Position numbers and translations under genes: made by a program
Part shown: piece by piece, positions 12,051-24,175 of the stretch
Position numbering within the stretch: position 1 is the stretch's first letter
Layout of the letters: the number at the start of each line of letters is the position of its first letter
From: Epiperipatus broadwayi
Taxonomy: Eukaryota; Animalia; Onychophora
Length of the DNA: 64,000 nucleotides
Direction of reading: 5' to 3'
Assembly (NCBI GenBank): GCA_028023455.1
Contig: JAQFVV010000011.1
Location: 5,456,001-5,520,000 of the forward strand
Notes under the pieces: generated by a model
Database searches by the model: none
Seen by the model: the letters and a program-made list of their open reading frames with translations, nothing else
Told to the model about the DNA's origin: nothing

Positions 12051-12949
12051 CAAACACTTTTCATCTACTTTTTTTTTGATCAGTTTTATTTTGATAATAA
12101 AAATAAAGTTATGACTAAATTTAGTTTATTTATTGATTTATGTATAAAATAAATTGTTTATTTTAAAAATAAATTATTTAATTAAAATTTTTTTTTTACA
12201 TTCAGAAAATTCATTATTTATAAATTAATGATGTTCTAAGTCTAGCATTACCAAGTCTAAATCACTAAGCAAACAAAAATGATACCATTCTTGCTTGCAG
12301 CTTAAGTTATTTTAATTAATTTGAAGTATGGATTGAATATATCTACATTTTTTTATATTCATTTTTTTATATTTATTTTAAAATAATAGTTAACATAAGT
12401 TAAAAAAAAAAAAAAAATTAAAAAAAACTCAAAATAAATTTTTTTTAAAAAAAACTCTTAATAAATTGTCACAATCTAAGATGTAATTCAAGAATTATTT
12501 TATATTTAAAGAGAATGTACACCATATATAAGACACTTTTATTTTTCAAGAAACTCCTGACTGATATGTATTTGTAAAATAAAATTAATATTTGTTAATA
12601 AGATGAGTTTAAAATGTCAATTAGGTATTGTATCCCTAAATTGGGAATTGCACGAAGCAATAAGCTTTTGTTATCAAAAATGCATAATATTATAATGGGT
12701 TATAAACAAACATTTAGGAGCCATAGACTGGACACTACTGCTATAGATTATATCAAATAACATTAAGATTAATTTTATCTTCAGTCAATTTATATTTGAT
12801 GGAAATTTATTAACAAATATTTGTCCAAAGTGTAATACAATTTTTATCTCAATATTAATAAATGATTATAAATTTTAATGTATGAGATCATGCACTTACA
12901 AGTATTATTCTGATTAAAAAGGTGTTCATTATTGATTAGTTACATTATT

Positions 12950-14130
12950 TAGAGAAAAAGACTTCTTAATGCTATAATTTGTTTTTTTTACCATATATTT
13001 CAACAGTTAGATTATTCTTCAACTTTCCTATTAAAATTTTTCATGATGATTTATTTTTTAAAAGAGAACTGTTTTAGTGAATTCTCAAAAATATTTCTAA
13101 AGCTGTTTAAATCGATCAGTAAAATATTTTTAAAATATTATTGAGCATATCATAGAATTAATTCTCCTAAATATTCAAACTTCTATCACCTAATTCATCA
13201 GGATACTGCAATGTGAATGTTTAAATAGCCAACAAGACAACACCAGTCTATAACTTAAACTAGCTTTAACTTTTTTTTTTTCAAAATTGGACTAAAAAAG
13301 AGGTTATATCTGTATTTTTATCTTTATTCTCACTTTTACCTATTCTATTAAAATAATGAATGTAATTCTTTGTGTCTTTCCCCTTTTTTAACCTTTGAAA
13401 TAGAATTATGCTTAGGCGCATCTCTTTCTTTTTGAGTTACTGATTTATACATCCCATCAGTATATTGAAGACTACTTGCTTTTTTTTTGATGGAACAAAT
13501 CATGGGTGCCAAAAGTTGGCCTTTTTATAAAGGACTAGGAATGTATTTTGGTCTGATTTCTCCTAATGGTCTATTCATTTTGTATTATGTTACTAATGAC
13601 TGAAGTTACTGCTGACATTGAAGCATACAGACTTTTATATGAAGAAAAATTTCTTTGAAAAAGTCAAAATAGTACTGCTTGGTTTAATTTATTATCAGAA
13701 AATTTAGTATCCTGATATTTTTTAATAAATTCGAATAAGCGTTCTTGCCCATAGTTGAATTTATGTATTCTATTGTAATTTGATTTCTTCCAGAAAAAAG
13801 ATGGTCATTTTAAACTTTGCTTTTAATATTTATCATTTCAGCTTTTACAATTTTAATTTTATCTTAAAATTCTGTTGATTTTTGATATATCATGCAATTA
13901 TTAAATATTTGTTTGCTTTATGCAGCACTTTCTGAGATCATCTATATTTTTCTTTAGATCCAAACTATAATCTAACATTATAATCTAATAAGAAATATTT
14001 ATAATAGGGCACAAAGAACTGAATATATAATTTCTCTACTATATTGCATTTCTGTTTTATACCACTTTTATTTTCAGCCAAATGAAGAATATTAAAAAAT
14101 GCAGCAGATAATCAATTAAACTATTGATAA
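12950..14130 (-). mobile_element. Highly degenerate hAT transposase (ZMYM1-like), including a dimerisation-domain remnant
   Basis: Fragments SQKVLHKANKYL, TFLVLYKKA..F, and TALEIFLRI..KLKNNL (cf. ALRIFLTIP..SFSKLKLIKNYL). Confidence 0.45.
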
Positions 14131-17094
14131 ACTGTTAGAAAGTGTAAATATGTTATATATTTTTTTATTATTTATCAAAATGTTTTTCTTAATATTTTAT
14201 TTCATACATAGTATAATAATCTTCAAAATATTGTTTGAAATGGCAATGCATTTTGTATACAAAATATCTTCAGTTTAATCATACTTTAGCTGTACTTTAG
14301 ATGGTTGCTTATATCATTGTACATTTATTCTTGCTTTATATTAAAAGCTAATGGTATTTTCACTCTTAATCCTTTCTCGTTTTTTTTTTATTTTATGATA
14401 TTGTAAAAAAAAAAAAGTATATGTGGAGGAAGGTTTGTACAATTTATATATTTACTGTTTAACTCATTATATACAAAAAATTTAAATTTAAATATAAACT
14501 TCATATACTTATTTAACATAGCATATATATATATATATAACATTAAAAAAATTCTTACATTATTTAGCTTATTTTACAACTTACATCCACTAATGGCTCT
14601 GTAATATGATTGCCTTTATTATTGTATAAATGCAGTTTGTTTACCTATTGAACGCAAGTATAAATCAAAGTTAAAATTTTTTGTGTGTAAATATATTTAT
14701 AAAACTCAAATGCAAACTAATATAAAATAATTGAATGGTTTATTGTTTGAGAATTCATAACAAGTTTGAATATTGGAAGTGTAAGGTAGGCTAAGATCCA
14801 TGGGATTTGAATTCCAGATTTTGTCCTTTTACCATTGTATCAAATCGTGGAGATAGGATCTGTAGTAATAATCAGAGAATATGAAATATTTTAGGCACCA
14901 CAGCATGAAATAGGCAGCATCACCACAAAATATTTCAATTGTATTGGAAGAGGAATTGAGATACAAGATGAGAAAATGAAAGCTACAGTTAGTGAAGAGT
15001 TATTAATTTAAGAGTTACTATTATATTATTAGCATATATATATTTTTGTATTTTGCTAATTTTATCTTAGTTTTTTTTTATATTAATCGTATACAATTAA
15101 TAAAATATGTTCATATATAGTAATGTTATACTCACACATGTATGCATTCTTGAATGTGTGCAAGCATAATTATATTCTAATATTAAATTCTGTGCTTCAC
15201 AATAATTAATTTCGATCATATAACTACTTAAAAAAAGGTAAATACACATAGACACACACATGTGTAACAAAAAAAGTGTTCATTTTTATCTAAGAATGAA
15301 TTACTTTAAATTTATTAACAATATAACTTTCATTAAGAAACTGAAAATTTTTTTTATTTTAAGCTTCTTTGATCTTGATATTCTGACATAAGGAATGCTG
15401 AAGTCTCTTGATAAACTGTTTTATATATATATATTTTACAAATTTAGTAACTTCTCACTAAACTTCAACATTCTTTGTCAAGTTAATTAGAAATTATTGC
15501 AATCATTCTAATTTTTTTCTTTAGCTTTTTCTTATTCTTCTCCAGTTTAAACTACTTCAGATTTATTTAGCAATACATTTTTTTGTTCATCTCTCTAACA
15601 TATAAAATAAAAATATTTTATCACAAATAGTCAAATGTTCATTTTCATTATTAAATTAATATATTTTTTTTAATTATGAAGAAACTCATACAAGATTTTT
15701 GTATTTTTTACCTTTGCTTATCAAAATATGTATATAATTTTTATAATAAAATATGTGCAGTGATTGGATAAAATAATAACAATACCTATTATATTAGTAT
15801 TAAATTTCTGATATCGTATAGTATGAAAATATGAATATATACATTGTTGTAACTTTTTATATATAGAGAGAATTCCATGATAGGGATAAAGAGAATTGGC
15901 AGGAGGTTAATGTGAGAAAAAGTGTTGGACCTATTTGAATTTCAATATCTAAAATTATTGACCTGTTTGAACATTTCAAGATTGATGACCACATTATGTA
16001 AAAGTGTGAGAATAATTCTTTCTAAAGTAAATGTGATTGTAAGTCAATGAACACTGAGGGAAAGATAGATAGTATGAAGAATTGTAGCTAAAAAGACAAT
16101 CACAGTGAAACAAATCACTAAAGACTGAACATATTATTGTATCTTCCAAAAGAGCAGACCAAAAGCTTCCTTTACAAGAGATATTAATGTGCAAACTGCC
16201 ATTTCAAAACCTCTACTTTATGATAGAAAAGCTATTACTATGAAACAATGACATTACTAGTATAAGATCTAGATAGTGATTGACTGAAAGGATATATTTT
16301 AAAACACTGGGAAAATTATGTTTGATTCTTTCCATGAAAAGTCAACAAGACTATATTCTTCCAACTATGAAACATAGAAGTGTGGATCTCATGATTTGAA
16401 TGTTTATATTTTTAAAATCTATTCATTACTCTGAAAAATTGAATCACAGCTATAGTTTATTTGATTATTTTATAAGATCAGGTTTATCTCATGATATAAA
16501 CAATATTTCCACATAGTAACTGACATCTTTTAAAAGGCAATGTTTCAATTCACATATCCTGCACAGTTAAAAATTTAAACAATCACCTGATTTAAATATT
16601 ATTCAGTTTCTGAAAATTTCTAGAGCAAAAAGTGAAAGGTTTAAAGGATTATATCTTCCACTGGTAGTTCTCAGAGAACTTCATTCACTTGCTATTTTTT
16701 TTAGACATTGTTTACATGTTATATAATTTCTCCCCATGTCTAATTCAAGTAATTTTTGATGCAAAAAGTTTAACAAGCATTTCTGTTATTTTGGACAAAT
16801 TCTTGTAACTTTATATAATAATTGGCATTACTTTAATTTAAATTTGTACATTAGAATAATTTCAGACATTTACTCAAATTTATCATTAAATTATTTTAGT
16901 CTTATTTCATAAGTTTATCAGAAAGATTAAGAACCAAATATACTTTGCAAAAAAATTCAATTATATGTATTGTTTTTATTTTACATCTTATTTAAATTTT
17001 AATAGTAAAGTAATCTAGCTCTTTTAGTTAGCAACTAATTTTCATATTTTAAACTTATTCAGTAAAATTTATATTTCACCACACACATTTCAAA

Positions 17095-17200
17095 TATATG
17101 AATAAAGACATCTAGAAAAGGTAAAATAAATGACTCCAAAGATTCATTTCTAGCTGAATCAGTATCCTTCATTTGACACAGGTCCTAACTTCTCATATGT
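17095..17200 (-). repeat. Old relic of the family A/B hammerhead repeat
   Basis: Minus strand GGACCU-GUG-UCAA AUGAAGG AUACUG-AUU-CAGCUA GAAA UGAAUC UUUGGAGUCAUUU aligns to 32996-33052; the core is mutated. Confidence 0.55.
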
Positions 17201-18989
17201 CTTTATTATCATTTTCAATATTTATCAATGTCAAATGATTATAACTTAATTTACAAGAACCATTTATTTTTTTCAGATATCTTTATTCATATGTTGTAAT
17301 GCGTGTGATAATATAGAAGTTTTAGTATATCTTAAATATTACACATAAGGAAAAAAAAGTGATAATGATGGAATTAAATAATTGTTATCATGTGATTGTG
17401 TTTAATAATAATACATGTATTATTAATCTTTAAGTTTAAAATTTATACTTAGGCTTAAAATGGTATGATAATCTCTAACCTGATAAATGATTATTAATAA
17501 TTCTTAATATGTTGTGTATGCCAAATAAGTAAATGCAAGAAATTAATATTTGGAAGTTATATAAGAAACTAATATTAAACCTTATGCTTTTTATATTTTA
17601 ATTTTTAAAGGCTCTATTCAAATCATTATATTTTATAATATACTCTATTCAAAATTATTCTTTTCCCTAAAGATAATAATAGAATAATTCTGAATTTAAT
17701 ATTATTTTAGAAAGTATTATTTTGTTGTAACAATTGATACAAGCAAAATTATAAAGTGTAATTGGTTTAATGCAGTGAGCACTAAACTGTATGCTGTGAG
17801 GGATTCCAAGTGTACTGCGAAAGATTTAAAAATATAAGTAAATAACATGCGAAGCCACCATGGACTGTTTGACTGTGAGTCACTCTGTAGTAGTTTCAGG
17901 AGACAAAGATCTTAAAACCTTTGCAAAGTTCGAGCATGTTCTGGAACAATACCATGTTGAGTATATATAATGGCAGTGGACTGAGTAGGGCAGTAATCAT
18001 TTTGGTAAAACTATGCATACTGTGGTTAAAATAAATTGAATGATTTGTTATATAAATATTAGCGATAGTGATATTGGTTAGTTTAAAATAGTTGTAATTG
18101 TAAATATAGCATAAAATACCATTAATATAAATTAATTACATTACACAATGAACAGCAGTTTTGCTACAATATATACATTTCTGCATTAATAAAATTAAAC
18201 CAGGAATGTCTGTAAGTAAATTGTGTAGTACTCCTAGTAGTCTTTAGTATATGATTTATTTATAATTTATATAAATTATGTTAACTTTAATCGATTTTTA
18301 GTGAAGAAATAAATAAATAATACTTCTATAAATATCTAATATAAATATAATGTAACAATTCATCAATTGTTAATGCAGAGTTTCTTAAATATAAATAAAT
18401 AAATAATATTTCCAAGTGCTTTCAACTCTTACGAGTCCTTATCAAGGCAGTGTAAAAAATTCTATTTTCTCCTAGGTGATGAATTTAACATTTCATTGTA
18501 TTGGCCAGGAACAACTAATCAGAAAGCTGGTTAATTTCGAATTCATAGCATAAGATGAATTTTGTATAAGATATTCTTTAATCTTGCATTTTTTATCACG
18601 TGTTTCGTGCATTAATATTGTAAAATCCTTTTGACTACATATATGGCCTCTACTATTTTGGTGAACACAAAAAGCTGAATAAACTGTATCATCTTCTTTT
18701 GTTCTATTATATGTATATTTATGTTGTTTAAGGCAATATTTAATATTTGTTTTGGTTTCTCCAACATATATTGCACTACAATTTATTTGTGGGCATCTAA
18801 TAGAGTATACAACACTGCTTTTATCCGCCTTATTTATTATTTTCTTTTTATTAATCTATTAAGGTTATAATAGTGATCATATAAATATGAATAATAAACC
18901 ATCGATGTCATTAGCTTTTTTTCCCAATATTAATAAAAATATAATAAAAGTTTTAAGTCAAGATTTTCGATTAGTATGGAGAACTCTGC

Positions 18990-19420
18990 TTGATTGTTTC
19001 CCAGGCATATAGACTTTTCCAAAGAAATTTTGTCAGAAGTGCAGAAGTCAATAGAAAACTGGTGTAGTATTTTTTTAATTATTTTCCATCACTTAATTAT
19101 CAAATGTATCAGTGGGTCATCAATCCTTTCACAAGATATGACAGTACACACCTGCCATTAACATTAACAGAGCAAGCAAATTTAATAGACTTAAAAAAAA
19201 AACGATCCTGTGCACAAGCCTCATTTTCTGTGCTAATATTGTCAAAATTTTGGATTTCGCTTTGGAGCCAATACCCTCAATTTTCTACTACAGCTGTTAA
19301 ATCTGGATCATTATATCTTTAAGAATTACATTTCTTGGCGCTTATGGAAATGGAATAAAAAAAAATAGGAACGATTACAGATGGTAGATGAGGAGTTATG
19401 TATTTGTTTATTTAATTTAG
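18990..19420 (+). mobile_element. hAT (Buster/Charlie, FAM200/ZBED8-like) transposase C-terminal relic
   Basis: WVINPF..LTLTEQANLIDL..LSKFWISLWSQYPQFSTTAVK, then NRNRLQMVDEEL. Confidence 0.75.
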
Positions 19421-20277
19421 AGCCTGTTTTGACAAAAAAAATTTCTTAAAATCAATTGCATCCTTCTCAGTAATAACATTATTATTGTATTATATTACTT
19501 ATATATATATTATATGCTCATAAAACAATGTTATTTTATTGTTACTATAAAAAGAATTTATTTATTTTTATTCATACTAATAGTATATTTAATTTTGTTG
19601 GGGTTTTTATTTAGTGTGACTTAATGAGATCATTTGGTTCATTAAAATTTACTGTCTTTAAAAAACAAAAGCATTCTGGGTTACCAATATTTATATTAAT
19701 AGTTAGATTATTATTATTACTATTGTTGATGTTGTTGTTGTTATTATTATTAAATATTGATACAAAAGTTTTCTTGTACTACACACGCTTTTTAATGCAA
19801 TTTTATTTTTGTAATTTTAATACTGTATGTAACCATGCTTCACAAAATATATAAACTGACAAATAAAAAATAGTCATGGTTCATGGTCAGAGGTTGGGGG
19901 GGGGGTTCCTGACAGAGATATTTTAAATGCTTTTTCTGGCTAAGCATTTGTCACAAAGCTTGTTGAGCAATTGGCAATGCTCATTGTTTATATAAACTGA
20001 CAAATCTTGGAAAAATATTTTTCCAATTATGTTTATCACGCTGGTCTCTCCTTCTAATGAAAATTGTGAAAATAAAATAAAAATTTTAGGAAAACAGTTT
20101 TGAACTAAATCATATTTGAAGATCATATCATATCCCAAACATTTGATCATTTGATAATTGAATAAATATTTCCTTTTTACATGTTGCCAAATTCTGCATG
20201 TTAATACACTTAATGACTGCCTATATAAAATCTTTGACAGTAAAGAATGTTGTGCGAATAACATGTTAGGATTATGA

Positions 20278-20540
20278 ACTTTGTCAGAGTTGAAAAGGAA
20301 AAGACTAGATATTGTATGATTCTTTGAGATAAAGTGACTGCATTGTGATAAAAAGATTGAAGAAATTATAAAAGTATTTAGATGGGGAGGTAGCAGTTGA
20401 CACAATGGCATATAAATATTGGTTTGGGTATAAGAACAAAAACCAGTTTTATAAGATATTCTTGTAAATGATAAATTGCTTATGGTTAGACTTAAAAGCA
20501 GTTCCAAAGCATGAATGATTATTGAAATTTATATGTCAAT
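20278..20540 (+). mobile_element. Degenerate APE-type endonuclease fragment of an RTE-like LINE
   Basis: ELKRKRLDIV*FFEIK*..FRWGGSS*HNGI*ILV..VNDKLLMVRLKSSSKA*MIIEIYMS in a single frame with stops. Confidence 0.6.
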
Positions 20541-20722
20541 TAGAAACAATAGTCACGCACAAAATTATTGAAATAGTTGTACATCAGTTAGCAATTCTGG
20601 AGGGATAATATATATGTTGTTTATCTAATAACTGATATTTTTAATGAAGAAATTCCCCCCCCCCCCTTCAGATATATATACATGTATAGTATTTCAATGT
20701 TACTTTTTTTTCTTATGTCAAA

Positions 20723-20793
20723 TACATTGACCGGGAAGCGAACCGGACCAGCTGCTTGGCAGGCAGCTATACTAACCACTAAGCCACCAACGT
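20723..20793 (-). pseudogene. tRNA-Gly pseudogene or tRNA-derived relic (GCC anticodon on a Gly-TCC-type body)
   Basis: ACGTTGG-TG-GCTTAGTGGTTAGTAT-A-GCTGC-CTGCCAA-GCAGC-TGGT-CCGG-TTCGCTT-CCCGG-TCAATGT-A. One G is missing from the T-stem and the D-stem is mispaired. Confidence 0.8.
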
Positions 20794-23359
20794 GTTTTTT
20801 TTTTTTTTTTATAAAAAAAATAATATTGAATCTTACAAAAAGAGATAATGCTAGGCCGGAGGGAGGGAAAGTTACTTAAATTCTCATAAGCAAATGCTAA
20901 TTTTTTTTTTCACTCAAAATCTTTTCGTCTTTTTGATTGAATACGTATGTAATTTCAGTTAAAGAAGTATATTCCATTGAAAAGACTTCATTGTTTAATT
21001 ATCCTTTTCAAGCACGTAACAATAATTTTGTCCAAGTCTATCATCCAGATTGTTTTTTATATGGTTAAAAATTAAGTAATATCAAAATATGAGGGGGGGG
21101 GGTCAACTTTTATTTATGAAAATTGAACATTTTTAAAACCATTGATAATTTTTTTTTCTATACACAATAATTACTTCTTTCATGTAATAAACTTTTTCAG
21201 ATGTGTTTGATTTTCTTTAACTTTTAAGTATGTTGCTTTGCAACACATTCAGGGTCTTTTCTTGATTATTTTTATTTTAAATGTTTTTCCTTCAGTTGTA
21301 TTTTTGAATGAAAAAAACTCTTAATCAAATCTTTAATGTAAATTTCATTAAAAGCATATGTGCAAATAATAGGGTTAAGCTTAAAAATAGAATATTAACT
21401 TTGAAAATAAAAAATAGCAATAATGTTACAACCAAAAAGAAATTCAGAGCAATTTTTGCGGAAATGACGTCTCTAGCAGTGGCAGGACAGAAAATAAGAT
21501 AGAACCTCTAAAACATATATCTAATGAGGGAATTTTTTTTAATGAAATCTTTATATTTTAGTTAACTTTCATTAAAAGCATATTTGCAAATAATTAAATT
21601 AAACTTAGAAATATTAAAAATCAATTTTCCAATTAAAAAACAAAAAACAGTAATAAAATTATTGATAAAGACCATTTCTATGTGGTCACATATATATACA
21701 TTCGATAGGCTAATTTTTTTTCTAAAAATCCAATATATTCAAACAAAATCTATATGTAAACACCATATACTTATTAAAAAATAAATATTTACTAATGTCA
21801 CAAAATGGTTATAAACAAAAATACCCAAATCATTTAATTCTCCAACTCATGCAATATATGATAGAACAAAAGTAGCTTTCTAGTCTAGTACCATCTAATG
21901 ATTACTCAAAATACAGTAGATGGCATTAATATTGGAAATTGCTTTTGTTTAAATAAAAAAAAATATTTATTTTTCTGCCAGCATTGGGAGAAAAAATTGA
22001 AAAATTTTGTTATGAAAACTTATATTATTAATAATCTAAATGGATTCTGTCATTGAAACCTTATATTGAAGATTATTGCACCAATGGGAAGTTTCCTTGA
22101 TCTTAGTGTAAGATTAATGGTATTTGTATTAAATGATGCCAGACAAAAATTTGGCTCAGATTATCTTAGTGTGTTTCATTTTACTCTATCATTTCTTTAA
22201 ATATCAGCCCCCCCCCCCCTTTTTTTTTTTAAAAAAAAAAAGAGAAGATAATTTAAAACTCATTTATAAAGAATATCTGCTTTCTTTTGAATTTTTATTC
22301 TGCTTTATAAATTCTTCTTAGTTAACTTTGTATTTTTTTTCTCTTTCTTTAATAGCTTCATCAGTATTCTTATTTTTTTTAAATTCTAGTAGTCCTTGAG
22401 GTTTATTTGAAGTTTTTGCAATTAGTGATTCAAAATTCCAATCATGCCTATATAAAGTGAACACAAGAGCTAATTTGATATAAAATATATTATGTTTAGT
22501 ATTTTTTATTATTATTACAGATTGAAGTATTATCTTTTTTTATTATCCAGACTTTCTGGATTGGAGAAAAGAAATTTCTACCTACTCCCAATATAAATAG
22601 TAGTAAAAAAGTGCTTTCCAAATAATATAATCCAGAAGGATTCCATCATTGGCTATGAACTACCTGTTTAAGTGATTGGTCAGTAACTTGGCTACCAAAG
22701 ATGTAACAAATGTCAGCCTAAATATTTAAAATCTGAAATCATTCTTGAGAACAAGTATATAGTACTGGTGGAAGAGAGCATCAAATAAATATAGATGAAT
22801 ATCAAATTTGTATTAGAAACAAAAATTACTAACAAGTAAAAATATTCACAAAATGTAAAGATTTATCTTACACATTCAATACCTATCTATACCAAAGACA
22901 TTAATTGATAAAATTAAAATTTTTGAAATAGACAATTTTAACTATTATTTGATTGTGTTTAAAACAAAGATAAGACATACTTTAGCCAATAGCAATGTGT
23001 TTCAAACAATCAAATGGATGATGTTATTTTTTTCTATTGTCAGCATATTTTAACAATAAATACTCTGTAAAATTTTAATGTTCACATACATTTATAGTCT
23101 AAGTGAATTATTGTGGTAAATTAATGACTACCATGGCAGTTTGTTACTGTCTGTCACTGTATAATAGACATTGTAATAGCTATTGACCACATGTTCTTTT
23201 GCATAATCATTGTTAAGTCTTTGTATAGTATTAGTGCATTGACAATTTTTATTCCAATCTTAATTATCACTATGTTTTCAAAGATTTTTATTGTCTAGTA
23301 ATTTTTAGTAAAGATACAGTATTGACATTTTTGTGACAGCATGATTATTTAATGATTGA

Positions 23360-23399
23360 AATAGTGAAAAGCCTTGTGTCACATAGGCTTTTCACTATT
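23360..23399. repeat. Perfect 15-bp inverted repeat with a 10-nt spacer
   Basis: AATAGTGAAAAGCCT at 23360-23374 and AGGCTTTTCACTATT at 23385-23399. Confidence 0.85.
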
Positions 23400-23439
23400 A
23401 CATAGTGTAAAGCCATGTGTCCCATTTAATTCAGTTATG

Positions 23440-24175
23440 CAAGAAAAATGAAGGAAGAATACCAAAAGAGATTTTCTGTATATTGGACTATTTTCATTGA
23501 AGTTGTCAGTTTACTTGTTCATTCTGACACAGTAATGTATTTCTTCCTTACTCTAACTTGAACAGCAGAGAAAATTACAAGCTCAGCTTGTATGAGATTT
23601 TGGAGATTGTATTTTTGTTTGTAATGGAGCTACCTGATTCGACAGTCCAAAAGTTTATTAACAAAGCTTCTACCATTATCAATTATTGGATTAAATTTTT
23701 GTTGGGATGTTTGCTCACATACCATGCCATTTGAAGCAAGATGTTCAAATAGCAGGTACAGATGAAGTATCCATTCAAATGAATGAAACAAGATTTGCTA
23801 GTCATCAAAAATACAATCATTGAAGGAAATCTCTTCATTACAATAATATCCATGTTATTAAATGGGCAGCTTGAAGAAAGGCTCTGATTGCTAATTTTCT
23901 GTATGACATCATTTCTGTGTTGTAATCTCCAATAAATGATCAGCCATATAAATTTAAATGCAAGAGGATTCCTACTATTAATTGTGAACCACCAAGCAGC
24001 ATTATATTGACTCCATTGGATAACTATATATAGGGTATTCATCATGTTTGGGCTGAGAAAATGCCCGTTTCTAGAACTATTACAATCACATTTAGATCAT
24101 ATCTTTTGGAAAATCTATGACAGAACATCAATCATCAAGCATCTTCATAGTATTCCTTAGGCCAATAATATTACC
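23440..24175 (+). mobile_element. Degenerate Merlin/ISXO2-like transposase with a probable right terminus
   Basis: LSLYEILEIVFLFVMEL..STIINYW, QIAGTDEVSIQMNETRFASHQKYNH*R (cf. IGG..VQIDES.F..RKYNRGR), ELLQSHLDHIFWK. Ends in ATATTACC (5'-GGTAAT on the other strand). Confidence 0.75.

Noticed and set aside
14760-15000. Possible RT fragment (GIEIQDEK)
   Set aside because: Similarity too weak to support by eye.
17760-18030. GC-richer unique segment as an exon
   Set aside because: No consistent splice sites or recognisable peptide on either strand.
19624-19854. Poly-Leu ORF
   Set aside because: Produced by an (ATT/GTT)n microsatellite.
19923-20507. Longest ORF (194 aa, minus) as a host gene
   Set aside because: S/L/I/F-rich antisense of a decayed RTE-like endonuclease on the + strand.
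23347-23430. 15-bp hairpin as a terminator or tailed element
   Set aside because: Eukaryotic context, and only a non-adjacent 7-bp AT-rich repeat nearby.
23683-24045. 120-aa minus ORF
   Set aside because: Antisense of the second Merlin relic.
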